IMG/VR virus record: IMGVR_UViG_3300025770_000656
Origin: a virus
Direction: 5' to 3' (one strand)
Length of the DNA: 64,000 nucleotides
Shown here: one piece after another, positions 55,602 through 64,000 of the stretch
How the letters are laid out: each line of letters starts with the position of its first letter
How positions within the stretch are numbered: the stretch's first letter is position 1
Program-made: the position numbers and the translations under genes
The notes under the pieces: generated by a model
Told to the model about the DNA's origin: nothing
The model's input: the letters and a program-made list of their open reading frames with translations, nothing else
The model's database searches: none

Positions 55602-55677
55602 GCTGTACCACTTGCTCCTCCTCTCCTCCAAGGTACAGCCAAACGCAGGCGGTGTGTTTAGAAATAGACACACCGCC
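55602..55677 (+). ncRNA. candidate structured RNA: CU-rich-loop hairpin plus GAAA-tetraloop hairpin
   Basis: GCTGTAC-ca-CTTG-[CTCCTCCTCTCCTC]-CAAG-GTACAGC, then GGCGGTGTGTTTA-GAAA-TAGACACACCGCC with no U-tract. Confidence 0.4.
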
Positions 55678-55691
55678 GTCCTTATGTTAGA

Positions 55692-56339
55692 ATGGATGTA
55701 ATGAAAAAAGTAGCTCTAGGCGATAGTTTTACATACGGAGAGGAATTAGCTGATAGGAATAACGCATATCCGGCATTGCTTGGATATGAAAACTGGGGAT
55801 TAAAAGGTGCCAGTAATGAATATATTTTTCGTAAGGCTGTTGAACTAGCACCAAAAGCGGATCATATGATAATAGCCTGGAGTGACAGCGGGCGTTATGA
55901 GCTATATACTAATAAAAAAATAAATATATCTAATAGATATATTCAACATAACGGCATAGTACAAGTTAATCCAGGATGGACTCAGCTGAGTCCATGGTTT
56001 AAAGAATTGTACGGCAATTATAGTGATCAAGAACACCAATTCTTAAAAACAATATCATACATGGTTGCAATTCAAGACGTACTAGTGATTAATAATGTAG
56101 ATTATCTACAAACATCTAGCTTTGGTAACCAAGATTTATTTGTAAAGTACCAGGACAGTGATTTAATTAAGCCCTGGATTGCTAGGCTAGATAAGACTAA
56201 GTTCATAGACTATCCCCATGGATTAGTAGAATGGGCCTATGATACTCCGCAAGGGCCTAATGGACACCCGTTGGAACTAGGACATAAGAGGATAGCAGAA
56301 AACATTGTTAGATATATCAATGATTTACACAGTAGGTGA
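55692..56339 (+). CDS. SGNH/GDSL-like protein (paralogue 3)
   Basis: ALGDSFTYG...GASNEYIFR...AWSDSGR...GHPLELGH. Confidence 0.65.
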   Translation: MDVMKKVALGDSFTYGEELADRNNAYPALLGYENWGLKGASNEYIFRKAVELAPKADHMIIAWSDSGRYELYTNKKINISNRYIQHNGIVQVNPGWTQLSPWFKELYGNYSDQEHQFLKTISYMVAIQDVLVINNVDYLQTSSFGNQDLFVKYQDSDLIKPWIARLDKTKFIDYPHGLVEWAYDTPQGPNGHPLELGHKRIAENIVRYINDLHSR

Positions 56340-56949
56340 TAGTTTTACATACGGACAAGAATTATCCGATCCCGCAACACAAGCATGGCCCAAGTTAGTT
56401 GCTGATCGTCTTGGTTACCATTTAATTAATGATGGTACACCTGGAGTTAGCAATGAGTTTATGGTTAAGAAAACTATGCAAGCAGTTGCAAAGCACAAGC
56501 CTAAACTAGTAATAGTTGCTTGGACAAGTTGCGCTCGCGCAGAGTTTGCAGACGAATGGGGGGTATACGATGTATGGCCCGGATGTAGTGATCGTGTATT
56601 TGATGAAGATCCTAAACTAAAATACAGACACGATTTAATTAAATATATTACTAGGTACAATAATGATGTACACGAGTATCGTCGCTGGCTAAGACAAGTT
56701 ATCCTACTACAAAGTTTCTTGCAAAATCACAGCATAGAGTATATAATGTGTAATACGTTCGACAATCAAGAACGTTACAACTCTAATGAAGAATATATAA
56801 AACTTGTTGATACAACAAAATTTGTTGGTTGGCCTAATTATGGATTTGTTGAATGGGCATATAATACACCGCATGGACCTGGCGGACATCCACTAGAACA
56901 AGGTCATAAACAAATAGCGGAAAAGATATATGAAACCTTGTTGAAATAA
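56320..56949 (+). CDS. SGNH/GDSL-like protein (paralogue 4)
   Basis: TVGDSFTYG...GVSNEFMVK...AWTSCAR...GHPLEQGH; tandem paralogue of the upstream gene. Confidence 0.65.
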   Translation: MIYTVGDSFTYGQELSDPATQAWPKLVADRLGYHLINDGTPGVSNEFMVKKTMQAVAKHKPKLVIVAWTSCARAEFADEWGVYDVWPGCSDRVFDEDPKLKYRHDLIKYITRYNNDVHEYRRWLRQVILLQSFLQNHSIEYIMCNTFDNQERYNSNEEYIKLVDTTKFVGWPNYGFVEWAYNTPHGPGGHPLEQGHKQIAEKIYETLLK

Positions 56950-57006
56950 CTCATCAATTTATACATTAAAACGATAAATAAATGTATAAATTGAAAGGTT
57001 AGATTT

Positions 57007-57729
57007 ATGAGTATAATCTATAAAATTACAAACAAATTAAACGGTAAAATATATGTTGGAAAAAGTAAGTATAGCATGGATGATTATTTTGGATCAGGGA
57101 TTATTATAACGCATGCAATTAAAAAATATGGAATAGAAAACTTTACTAAAGAAATAATTGTTGAATGCGATGATGCTGAAATTGATGAGCTAGAAGGATA
57201 TTGGATAGAACAATTAAACGCACGTGACAAATCAGTGGGTTACAATATATCCAGCGGCGGACAGGGCGGAGACCACTATTGGAAAGTTATGTCCGATGAA
57301 GAAAGAGAGCAGCACCGAGAGAAAATCCGAAAAAGTATTAAGGGAAGAAAACGAGCACCGCATAGCGAAGAAACAAAAAGAAAAATGTCAGCGAGCTTTG
57401 GCCGCGTTGTGGCCGACGATCCGGAATTTATTGCTCGACGAGCAGCAAAGAAGAGAAAGCACTATATTATAATTGATCATGAGAATAAAGTAGTATACGA
57501 AACGGATAATATTGTGGAATTTTGCCAAGACAACGATGTACCGTCGCATGCTCGGTTACAACATAATGAGAGAAATAAGAAAACATACGTTGATGGTAGG
57601 TGGTCATGTAGATTAAAAGAGGAATATGTTATGGATAACGTAATCAGCTTTGTCGATAATGAGGTAGTTAATAACACAATAGAATATAAGATGAGACAAA
57701 CAGCAAATAGAAAAAAGGGAAATAAATGA
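57007..57729 (+). CDS. free-standing GIY-YIG homing endonuclease
   Basis: IIYKITNKLNGKIYVGKS...YFGSG...AIKKYGIENF.KEII...E.YWI...GYNI; NUMOD3 PHSEETKRKMS. Confidence 0.88.
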   Translation: MSIIYKITNKLNGKIYVGKSKYSMDDYFGSGIIITHAIKKYGIENFTKEIIVECDDAEIDELEGYWIEQLNARDKSVGYNISSGGQGGDHYWKVMSDEEREQHREKIRKSIKGRKRAPHSEETKRKMSASFGRVVADDPEFIARRAAKKRKHYIIIDHENKVVYETDNIVEFCQDNDVPSHARLQHNERNKKTYVDGRWSCRLKEEYVMDNVISFVDNEVVNNTIEYKMRQTANRKKGNK

Positions 57730-59183
57730 AGCCGTGCGTTATTCATGTCAACGATGAAGTTAACTGTAAGTTAGAAGGCTTAGATTTGGATACCAGGCGT
57801 AAGCTGAGTAATAAGTTTAAGTATGATGTGCCAGGTGCTCGCTATATGCCAGCGGTAAGGCTAGGACGTTGGGACGGCAAGGTTGCTTTTTTCCAAATGG
57901 GAGGCAGTACTTACATTAACTTGTTACCAGAAATTCTTACTGTATTGCAGAGTGACGGATATGATGTTACGTTAAACGACTTACGTGATTATCAGATAGA
58001 CCTGAATTTAGAGCCTGTAACAGCAGATAGTTATGCTGAGTTTTCATGGCCTGACAAGCATCCAGCCGCAGGGCAACCTATTATGTTGCGTGACTATCAG
58101 GTAGATGTTATTAATAATTTCCTAACAAATCCGCAGAGCTTACAAGAAGTAGCAACTGGTGCTGGTAAGACACTTATTACAGCCGTGCTAAGTCACAGAT
58201 GCGAAGCACATGGCAGAACAGTTATTATTGTTCCTAACAAGAGCCTGGTAACGCAAACCCAAGAAGACTACATTAACATGGGATTAGATGTTGGCGTATA
58301 TTATGGTGACCGCAAGGAGTTTGGCAAAACACACACCATTTGTACCTGGCAGAGTTTAAACATACTGTTAAAAAATACCAAGAATCAGAGAGCAGAGATT
58401 ACTATTGGAGACTTCCTAGAAGACGTAGTTTGCATTATGGTAGACGAAGTACACATGGCAAAAGCAGATGCACTCAAGACATTGCTAACAGGAGTAATGA
58501 GTCATATACCTGTACGCTGGGGATTAACTGGAACAATACCCAAGGAAGATTTCGAAAAGCAAAGTTTGTTTTGTAGCATTGGGCCAGTAACCGGCAGCAT
58601 TAGTGCTAAAGAGTTGCAAGACAAAGGAGTTCTTGCAAATTGCGAAGTGAATGTGTTACAATTAATAGATGTAAAAGAGTATACAAACTATCAGAGTGAA
58701 CTTAAATACTTGTTGGAAGCCACTGATAGATTAGATTACATTGGTGGTGTAATAGATAATATTAAAGATACTGGTAATACGCTGGTATTGGTGGACAGAA
58801 TAAATGCAGGAAAAGAATTACAGAAAAGGATTCCGTCTTCCGTTTTTGTTAGCGGTGGAACAAAGGCACAGGAGCGTAAGGATCATTATGATGAGGTGGC
58901 TGACGCAACTGGTAAAGTTATTATTGCTACTTATGGTGTTGCCAGTGTTGGTATTAATATACCCCGTATTTTTAATTTGGTATTGTTGGAACCCGGCAAG
59001 AGCTTCGTCCGTGTTATCCAAAGTATCGGAAGAGGAATTAGAAAAGCAGAAGACAAGGACTTTGTCCAGATATGGGATGTTACATCGACGTGTAGGTTCG
59101 CGAAGAGGCACCTTACCAAAAGGAAAGCGTTCTATAAAGAGGCAAACTACCCCTTTACGGTTCAAAAAGTAGACTGGACTTAA
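57726..59183 (+). CDS. uvsW: SF2 DNA helicase UvsW
   Basis: LRDYQ Q-motif, ATGAGKT, DEVH, GLTGT, STGINIP-like VGINIP, QSIGRGIR. Confidence 0.88.
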   Translation: MKPCVIHVNDEVNCKLEGLDLDTRRKLSNKFKYDVPGARYMPAVRLGRWDGKVAFFQMGGSTYINLLPEILTVLQSDGYDVTLNDLRDYQIDLNLEPVTADSYAEFSWPDKHPAAGQPIMLRDYQVDVINNFLTNPQSLQEVATGAGKTLITAVLSHRCEAHGRTVIIVPNKSLVTQTQEDYINMGLDVGVYYGDRKEFGKTHTICTWQSLNILLKNTKNQRAEITIGDFLEDVVCIMVDEVHMAKADALKTLLTGVMSHIPVRWGLTGTIPKEDFEKQSLFCSIGPVTGSISAKELQDKGVLANCEVNVLQLIDVKEYTNYQSELKYLLEATDRLDYIGGVIDNIKDTGNTLVLVDRINAGKELQKRIPSSVFVSGGTKAQERKDHYDEVADATGKVIIATYGVASVGINIPRIFNLVLLEPGKSFVRVIQSIGRGIRKAEDKDFVQIWDVTSTCRFAKRHLTKRKAFYKEANYPFTVQKVDWT

Positions 59184-59217
59184 TTAATAAACTTATGAAT
59201 ATAACAAGGATACCTTA

Positions 59218-59718
59218 ATGCGAATTTTAACACTAGAAGATAAAGCCTACGAAATGAACGAAATACCTGACGAGGTAGAGGATCTTCTATTTGCTATCCT
59301 AGACAACAGTGATCCGCAAAATCCAGATTACTTTTTCAGACCTCTTATATTTTTGGAAAGTTTCAATGCTCCAGCTCTGGTATTGGATATTGCTGGCAAC
59401 AGAATTAAGATGCCAGTTGATTGGAAAATCCTTATAGGGGAACCAGATCATGGCGATTTAGAAATGACAAATTTAAGTAGTTTAAACGATCGTGGATTCA
59501 AGGCTTTTAGTTTTAATCCTATTAGCGGCTTTATTGCTGACTACTTGCCCATAGACATTGTAGATTTGTACACAGATGTAAAATGGTTCTTTCCTAAACT
59601 TAAACAAGGACAAATATTAGCTATCCCTATTCAAGTTGGAGACAAGCCTAAATGTGTTTATTGTGCTAAAGAAATAAACAAGCAAAATGAAGTTGTAGAT
59701 ATTACCAAGGCATTTTAA
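59218..59718 (+). CDS. hypothetical protein
   Basis: 166 aa with an AAGGA RBS. Confidence 0.65.
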   Translation: MRILTLEDKAYEMNEIPDEVEDLLFAILDNSDPQNPDYFFRPLIFLESFNAPALVLDIAGNRIKMPVDWKILIGEPDHGDLEMTNLSSLNDRGFKAFSFNPISGFIADYLPIDIVDLYTDVKWFFPKLKQGQILAIPIQVGDKPKCVYCAKEINKQNEVVDITKAF

Positions 59719-59720
59719 AC

Positions 59721-60002
59721 ATGGGTCAACAGTTATATTGGTTGATCAAAAAGAAAGATTACAGACAATTTGAATATCGTGTTAATCCAGAAAATGAGAC
59801 TCATTATTTTATAATTAGAGATTTCTTTCCGCGATTGGAAAGATATTTTAAAGATCGACCTCAACTACTAGCAGAACGTAAAATATATAGTAGTAATAGC
59901 AACAGGTACTATACTATAACATTTGCTGACTTAGCGGAAGCCCGCATGTTTGAGTTGCATTTTGCAGAACATATAAGAACTAACGGTACAAGATATGACT
60001 GA
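59721..60002 (+). CDS. hypothetical protein
   Basis: 93 aa in the operon. Confidence 0.55.
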   Translation: MGQQLYWLIKKKDYRQFEYRVNPENETHYFIIRDFFPRLERYFKDRPQLLAERKIYSSNSNRYYTITFADLAEARMFELHFAEHIRTNGTRYD

Positions 60003-60432
60003 TTTACCTCTTAACCAAGTACTGGGCGCACTGGATAACAAGGACATGGAGTTCTGGGATCGTTGCACTCCGGAACAGCAAAAGAAAATTGCACCCTTCT
60101 TGTTGAATCGTTATATGAGTCTGGTAAAAGGTAATACAGAACTAGCGTCATATTACTTAATGGCTACTAACCAACGTGTTAATTCTAACTACTTTTCACT
60201 TAGCAAGCACCCTAAACTGGTATGGCAATTGTTGTGTACAGTGAGTCCTGGCATGGGAAAACAATTCCATCAGTGGGTAGGCAATAAGAAAAAGAAGAAA
60301 GACAAGAGTAACGAGATACGCAAGACACTGGCTGAGATGTATCCCAATATGAAAAATGATGAACTGGACTTAATGACCAGTATCACTACTACCAAAGAAC
60401 TAAAAGCTCACGCCACTGAGTCAGGGGAATGA
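59995..60432 (+). CDS. clamp-loader small subunit (T4 gp62-like)
   Basis: PFLLNRYMS...N...QLL...KQFHQW pattern recalls gp62. Confidence 0.5.
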   Translation: MTDLPLNQVLGALDNKDMEFWDRCTPEQQKKIAPFLLNRYMSLVKGNTELASYYLMATNQRVNSNYFSLSKHPKLVWQLLCTVSPGMGKQFHQWVGNKKKKKDKSNEIRKTLAEMYPNMKNDELDLMTSITTTKELKAHATESGE

Positions 60433-61160
60433 GCGACTTGACTAACGTTATAGTAGATGCTATAATGAATAAACAAATGGTAGATAAAGAATTTGAATGT
60501 CGTTACTGTGGCAAAAAGTATCGCAAGGAAAGTACCCTTGCGGCACATCTTTGTGAGCCAAAGCGCAGAGCACAACAGGAAAAAGAACCTGGTGTACAGA
60601 TTGGATTAGCGGCATATCTGCGTTTTTATGAGATAACACAAGGGTCAGCTAAGTTTAAAACATATGCAGACTTTGCAACTGGACCATACTATAATGCATT
60701 TGTAAAGTTTGGTAGGCATTGCCAGAATATACGTGCAATTAACATTGCTGGGTTTATTGAATACGTTATTAAAGAAAACAAAAAGCTGGATCACTGGTGC
60801 AAGGATCAGTTTTATCAGGACTTTTTGTTTAACCATCTACGCCGTGAGAGTGTGCAGGATGCACTAGAGCGTAGCATGGAAACCATGGTATCCTGGGCAG
60901 AAGAGAAAGAAAGCATATACAGCCATTACTTCTTGTATGCTAATCCTAATCGTGTTACACATGACATTACTACAGGACGCATCAGTCCCTGGGTATTATT
61001 TAATTGTGCTAGTGGTATTGAAATGCTGGATAAGTTAAGTCCAGAGCAGATTGAAATAGCGTTCCCTTACATAGATACTGATTTTTGGAAACGTAAGTTT
61101 GTAGACTACTTGGCTGACACCGAGTGGGTTAAACATATTTTAAGTGAGGCTAAATTATGA
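60429..61160 (+). CDS. C2H2 Zn-finger-containing hypothetical protein
   Basis: FECRYCGKKYRKESTLAAHLC. Confidence 0.6.
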   Translation: MSDLTNVIVDAIMNKQMVDKEFECRYCGKKYRKESTLAAHLCEPKRRAQQEKEPGVQIGLAAYLRFYEITQGSAKFKTYADFATGPYYNAFVKFGRHCQNIRAINIAGFIEYVIKENKKLDHWCKDQFYQDFLFNHLRRESVQDALERSMETMVSWAEEKESIYSHYFLYANPNRVTHDITTGRISPWVLFNCASGIEMLDKLSPEQIEIAFPYIDTDFWKRKFVDYLADTEWVKHILSEAKL

Positions 61161-61711
61161 TCGATTTACCAGATATTGATATAGATTTTAAAAATAGAAC
61201 TCAGGTGCTGGGACTAATTAGCAATACTGGTGCTAGGTTAGAAACAGGAAAACAGCATAATACAGGAGTTTACTTTACAGACATTCCCAGTGGCAGTGAT
61301 GGTTTGGCTACTGTTGATCACAAAGCGGCAGAACAACTTGGTTATTTTAAGCTGGATTTACTTAATGTTAGCGTGTATGAACAGGTCCGTGACGAGGTTC
61401 ACTTAGTAGAACTGATGACCACTGAGCCTAATTGGAGTAAACTCTGGGAAGATCCTGAATACTGTGAAAAGATTGTACACATTGGCAACCATTACGACTT
61501 GGTTAAAAGCATGAAACCAGATAGTATTCCACGTATGGCAATGTTTTTGGCTGTAATGCGTCCCGGCAAAAGCTATTTGCGTAACAAACCCTGGGCAGAA
61601 GTTGGTAAAACAGTGTGGGATCGTCCAGCCAATGATAAGTATTTCTTTAAAAAGGCCCATGCTGTAAGTTATGCACACTTAGTAGTAGTCCATATGAATT
61701 TATTCAGATGA
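61157..61711 (+). CDS. miniature DnaE (Pol III alpha)-like protein
   Basis: PDIDIDF, HNTGVYF, GYFKLDLLN, LAVMRPG and FKKAHAVSYA are collinear with DnaE palm/finger motifs in 184 aa. Confidence 0.75.
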   Translation: MIDLPDIDIDFKNRTQVLGLISNTGARLETGKQHNTGVYFTDIPSGSDGLATVDHKAAEQLGYFKLDLLNVSVYEQVRDEVHLVELMTTEPNWSKLWEDPEYCEKIVHIGNHYDLVKSMKPDSIPRMAMFLAVMRPGKSYLRNKPWAEVGKTVWDRPANDKYFFKKAHAVSYAHLVVVHMNLFR

Positions 61712-62886
61712 GTAAATTTTGTGTAGCATTGTTTAATGCAATACGGAAAGATCAAGACTTTCGTATACGACCCTGTTGTGTTTTTAGATCTAAAAAAAGC
61801 ATATATCAGATAGATGATTATTTAAAATCTGATTACATGGCCGATGCACGAAAACGCATGATTGACGGGCAATCTATACCAGAGTGCGGTGTATGCTGGC
61901 AAAAAGAAAAAGCAGGCTTAACAAGTTTACGCCACATATATAATCAACAGTTTTTACACAACAAAAATATTCCTGATAATATAGCTAAAAAAGCTAAAAC
62001 AAAAATTATCCAGGCAGATATAAAGATAGGTAACCGTTGCAATTATGCTTGTGCTATGTGTCATCCGGGAGATAGTAGTTTAATCTTTAACAAATATAAA
62101 GCGAATCTAGATAACAAATTTGTGCAAGAGTATAGTAAAAAAAATTCAAATTTTATGGATGCGAAATTAAACACTAACTATAGAAATACTAGCCTGCAAA
62201 TGTTAGATAATGTATTATCAACAACTAGTGTACGTAGTATTAAAATACTAGGTGGTGAACCGTTATTAGAACAAGAATTCTTAAAACGATTAGCTTCTGT
62301 GCCAGACGCACATAAACAAAAAATAACATTATGGGTAGTAACTAACGGTAGTATAGATTTAGTGAATACATTATCCAAGCTGGGCAAGTATAAAGCAATT
62401 GTCGTAACAGTAAGTTTAGAAGGAACAGGAAAGTTACAAGAATATGTCAGGAAACGAAGTAGTTGGCAACAGATTGAATCTAACATCTGTAAGTTTTTAG
62501 AGTTTAATAATCCACGTTGGTTCTTAGGTGTACACCACACTATGCAAGCATTAAGTTTGCATGGATTGGTAGATTTAATAACGTGGTGTGATGGGTTAGG
62601 TATAAAGATTACATATCAAAACTTAACAAACCCTGACTATCTAAGTTTAGCTATTACGTCTCCGGAGTACAGACGACAACAAATGGATAATGTAAATGTA
62701 CAGGGTACCAATAATTTTCAAGGTGAGGATTTAAATTTATCTGGAGATCTTGCTAGTTATTGTCTACAACAGGATTATAAACCGGAGTTGGTGGGAAAAT
62801 TTTTAAAGTATTGTAAATTTTATGAGTCAGATCATAACCTAAAATTACTAGAAGTTGCTCCAGAATTACTTGACTCTTTTAACTAG
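61708..62886 (+). CDS. radical SAM protein with N-terminal twitch/SPASM-like Cys cluster
   Basis: RPCCVF...ECGVCW; GNRCNYACAMC; ILGGEPLL; VVTNGS; VSLEG...YVR. Confidence 0.85.
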   Translation: MSKFCVALFNAIRKDQDFRIRPCCVFRSKKSIYQIDDYLKSDYMADARKRMIDGQSIPECGVCWQKEKAGLTSLRHIYNQQFLHNKNIPDNIAKKAKTKIIQADIKIGNRCNYACAMCHPGDSSLIFNKYKANLDNKFVQEYSKKNSNFMDAKLNTNYRNTSLQMLDNVLSTTSVRSIKILGGEPLLEQEFLKRLASVPDAHKQKITLWVVTNGSIDLVNTLSKLGKYKAIVVTVSLEGTGKLQEYVRKRSSWQQIESNICKFLEFNNPRWFLGVHHTMQALSLHGLVDLITWCDGLGIKITYQNLTNPDYLSLAITSPEYRRQQMDNVNVQGTNNFQGEDLNLSGDLASYCLQQDYKPELVGKFLKYCKFYESDHNLKLLEVAPELLDSFN

Positions 62887-63237
62887 GGTAATATTTTTAC
62901 GTTTGCTTCGTGTTTTTGCTAGTTCTGCTATATTAACACTGGGTCCAAACTTAACTTCAACATCTTTTATGTTAAATGTTGTAAGTGTATATGCAAATTT
63001 CTTCCAGTCATGCTTTAAAAACAGGTTAATAGGTATACGCTGATTACTTTCCCACCACCAAATCTCTGCTAGATCTAAAAATTCTTGCACATCATGACTA
63101 TATAAGGCTTCATAATTATACAGACTTAATACAACTTCATCGCTGTTTTGAATAATGCCTACATACTCATTTCCGCCATACGTTAGCATGCTTAGAAAAG
63201 GGTACTTTTCCTTTATCTCGTCACTTAATCTTGTCAT
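62866..63237 (-). CDS. hypothetical protein
   Basis: 123 aa (KYPFLS...EYVGIIQN...WWWESNQRIPINLFL). Confidence 0.65.
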   Translation of the reverse strand: MTRLSDEIKEKYPFLSMLTYGGNEYVGIIQNSDEVVLSLYNYEALYSHDVQEFLDLAEIWWWESNQRIPINLFLKHDWKKFAYTLTTFNIKDVEVKFGPSVNIAELAKTRSKRKNITLVKRVK

Positions 63238-63261
63238 AAATTCTCTATAAATAGTATTATA

Positions 63262-64000
63262 ATGGGTACCATCACTAGTTACTTATACAAACAAAAATTA
63301 CAGGTTACAACTACTGATGTGACTGCGGGGAATACTATGAGCATGTTTTATACACCAAACATCAAAGTTTACAGAGGTATCGATAATCCAGTCAGAGTAA
63401 ATTTTGTTAACAGAGATCAAAAAAAGACTAGCTTAACAGACAAGACTGTTAGCTTTATAATGATTGATAAAGATACAAATAAGACACTACTTTCCAGGAG
63501 TGTTACTAATATTAATGCGCCACTTGGATATGGTGAATTTACACTACGTGATGTAGATACCTATAATTTGGATAGCAAATATTACACGTATAGCTTTAAA
63601 GTTACAGACGGCGAGGGTAATGTACAAATTGGATACAGTGATGATAACTATGGTGCTGGCGGTGTACTAGAGCTAGTAGAAGGTGTATATCCAACATTCC
63701 AGGCAAGTACAACAGAAGACTTTGGTAATGGCGATACTGGCAGTATAATTTATTTGGACCCACACGTTAATCGAAATGTAGCATTGCATAGTGCTCAAGT
63801 TTACTTTTCAAGTGCATTTACAGGCACACTTACCGTTGCAGGAAGTCTTAACCCCAGCGGCGGGGGAATCAGTTCAGACGATTTCACAACTATTAGTACT
63901 CAAACTTACACATCGCAGACTGATAATGTGGTGTTTAGTTGGAACGGTGTTTACAGTGCAATACGGTTTACTAGAGCAACAACTTCTGGTACACTTAGTA
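63262..64000 (+). CDS. 3'-truncated structural (baseplate BppU-N-like) protein
   Basis: ATG 63262 follows TATAAATA at 63246; the frame is open to the window end (IKVYRGIDNPVRVNFVNRDQK...YTYSFKVTD). Confidence 0.55.
   Translation, partial: MGTITSYLYKQKLQVTTTDVTAGNTMSMFYTPNIKVYRGIDNPVRVNFVNRDQKKTSLTDKTVSFIMIDKDTNKTLLSRSVTNINAPLGYGEFTLRDVDTYNLDSKYYTYSFKVTDGEGNVQIGYSDDNYGAGGVLELVEGVYPTFQASTTEDFGNGDTGSIIYLDPHVNRNVALHSAQVYFSSAFTGTLTVAGSLNPSGGGISSDDFTTISTQTYTSQTDNVVFSWNGVYSAIRFTRATTSGTLS

Noticed and set aside
55648-55677. Simple rho-independent terminator
   Set aside because: No U-tract on either strand, so it is treated as part of a structured RNA candidate.
22010-59183. Introns or inteins in terL, uvsX, uvsW
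   Set aside because: All are single uninterrupted ORFs of expected size without Hint/LAGLIDADG motifs; the homing endonucleases are intergenic.
61157-61711. Pseudogene remnant of dnaE
   Set aside because: The motifs are collinear but internally compressed in one clean ORF with the catalytic aspartates kept and overlaps to both neighbours, which is not the pattern of random truncation.
1-64000. tRNA, rRNA or cobalamin riboswitch
   Set aside because: No cloverleaf/T-loop pattern or B12-box was recognised in the short intergenic gaps, including upstream of the corrinoid gene; a tRNAscan/Infernal run was not possible.
1-64000. Stop-codon reassignment, as seen in some jumbo phages
   Set aside because: Conserved genes are full length in code 11, and TAA, TAG and TGA all end genes at tight gene junctions.

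Overview
64 kb of an AT-rich, T4-related large (probably jumbo) myovirus genome, standard genetic code, densely coding and mostly on the + strand. 1-4.3 kb: tail-fibre-type genes. 4.3-26.3 kb: virion morphogenesis (gp15, gp14, gp13, sheath gp18, tube gp19, gp4, large terminase) with a NUDIX hydrolase, dNMP kinase, two free-standing homing endonucleases and a small early-gene island. 26.5-30.1 kb: gp32 SSB, UvsX, UvsY. 30.4-52.3 kb: a ~22 kb accessory cluster of glycosyltransferase-like, KpsS/KpsC-like, SAM-methyltransferase, kinase, 2OG-Fe(II) oxygenase, cytidylyltransferase/cupin and radical SAM genes. This cluster includes a cobalamin-dependent radical SAM enzyme, a stand-alone alphaproteobacterial-type corrinoid protein (MtbC-like) and an Ala-rich protein ending in an S74 chaperone. 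52.3-55.7 kb: hyperplastic early region with a 75-bp direct repeat and a structured RNA candidate. 57-62.9 kb: GIY-YIG endonuclease, UvsW, clamp-loader-like subunit, a miniature DnaE-like protein and a radical SAM enzyme. Most notable: a possible phage-encoded B12/SAM-dependent glycan (or DNA) tailoring system. All product calls come from motif recognition by eye; no database search was run.
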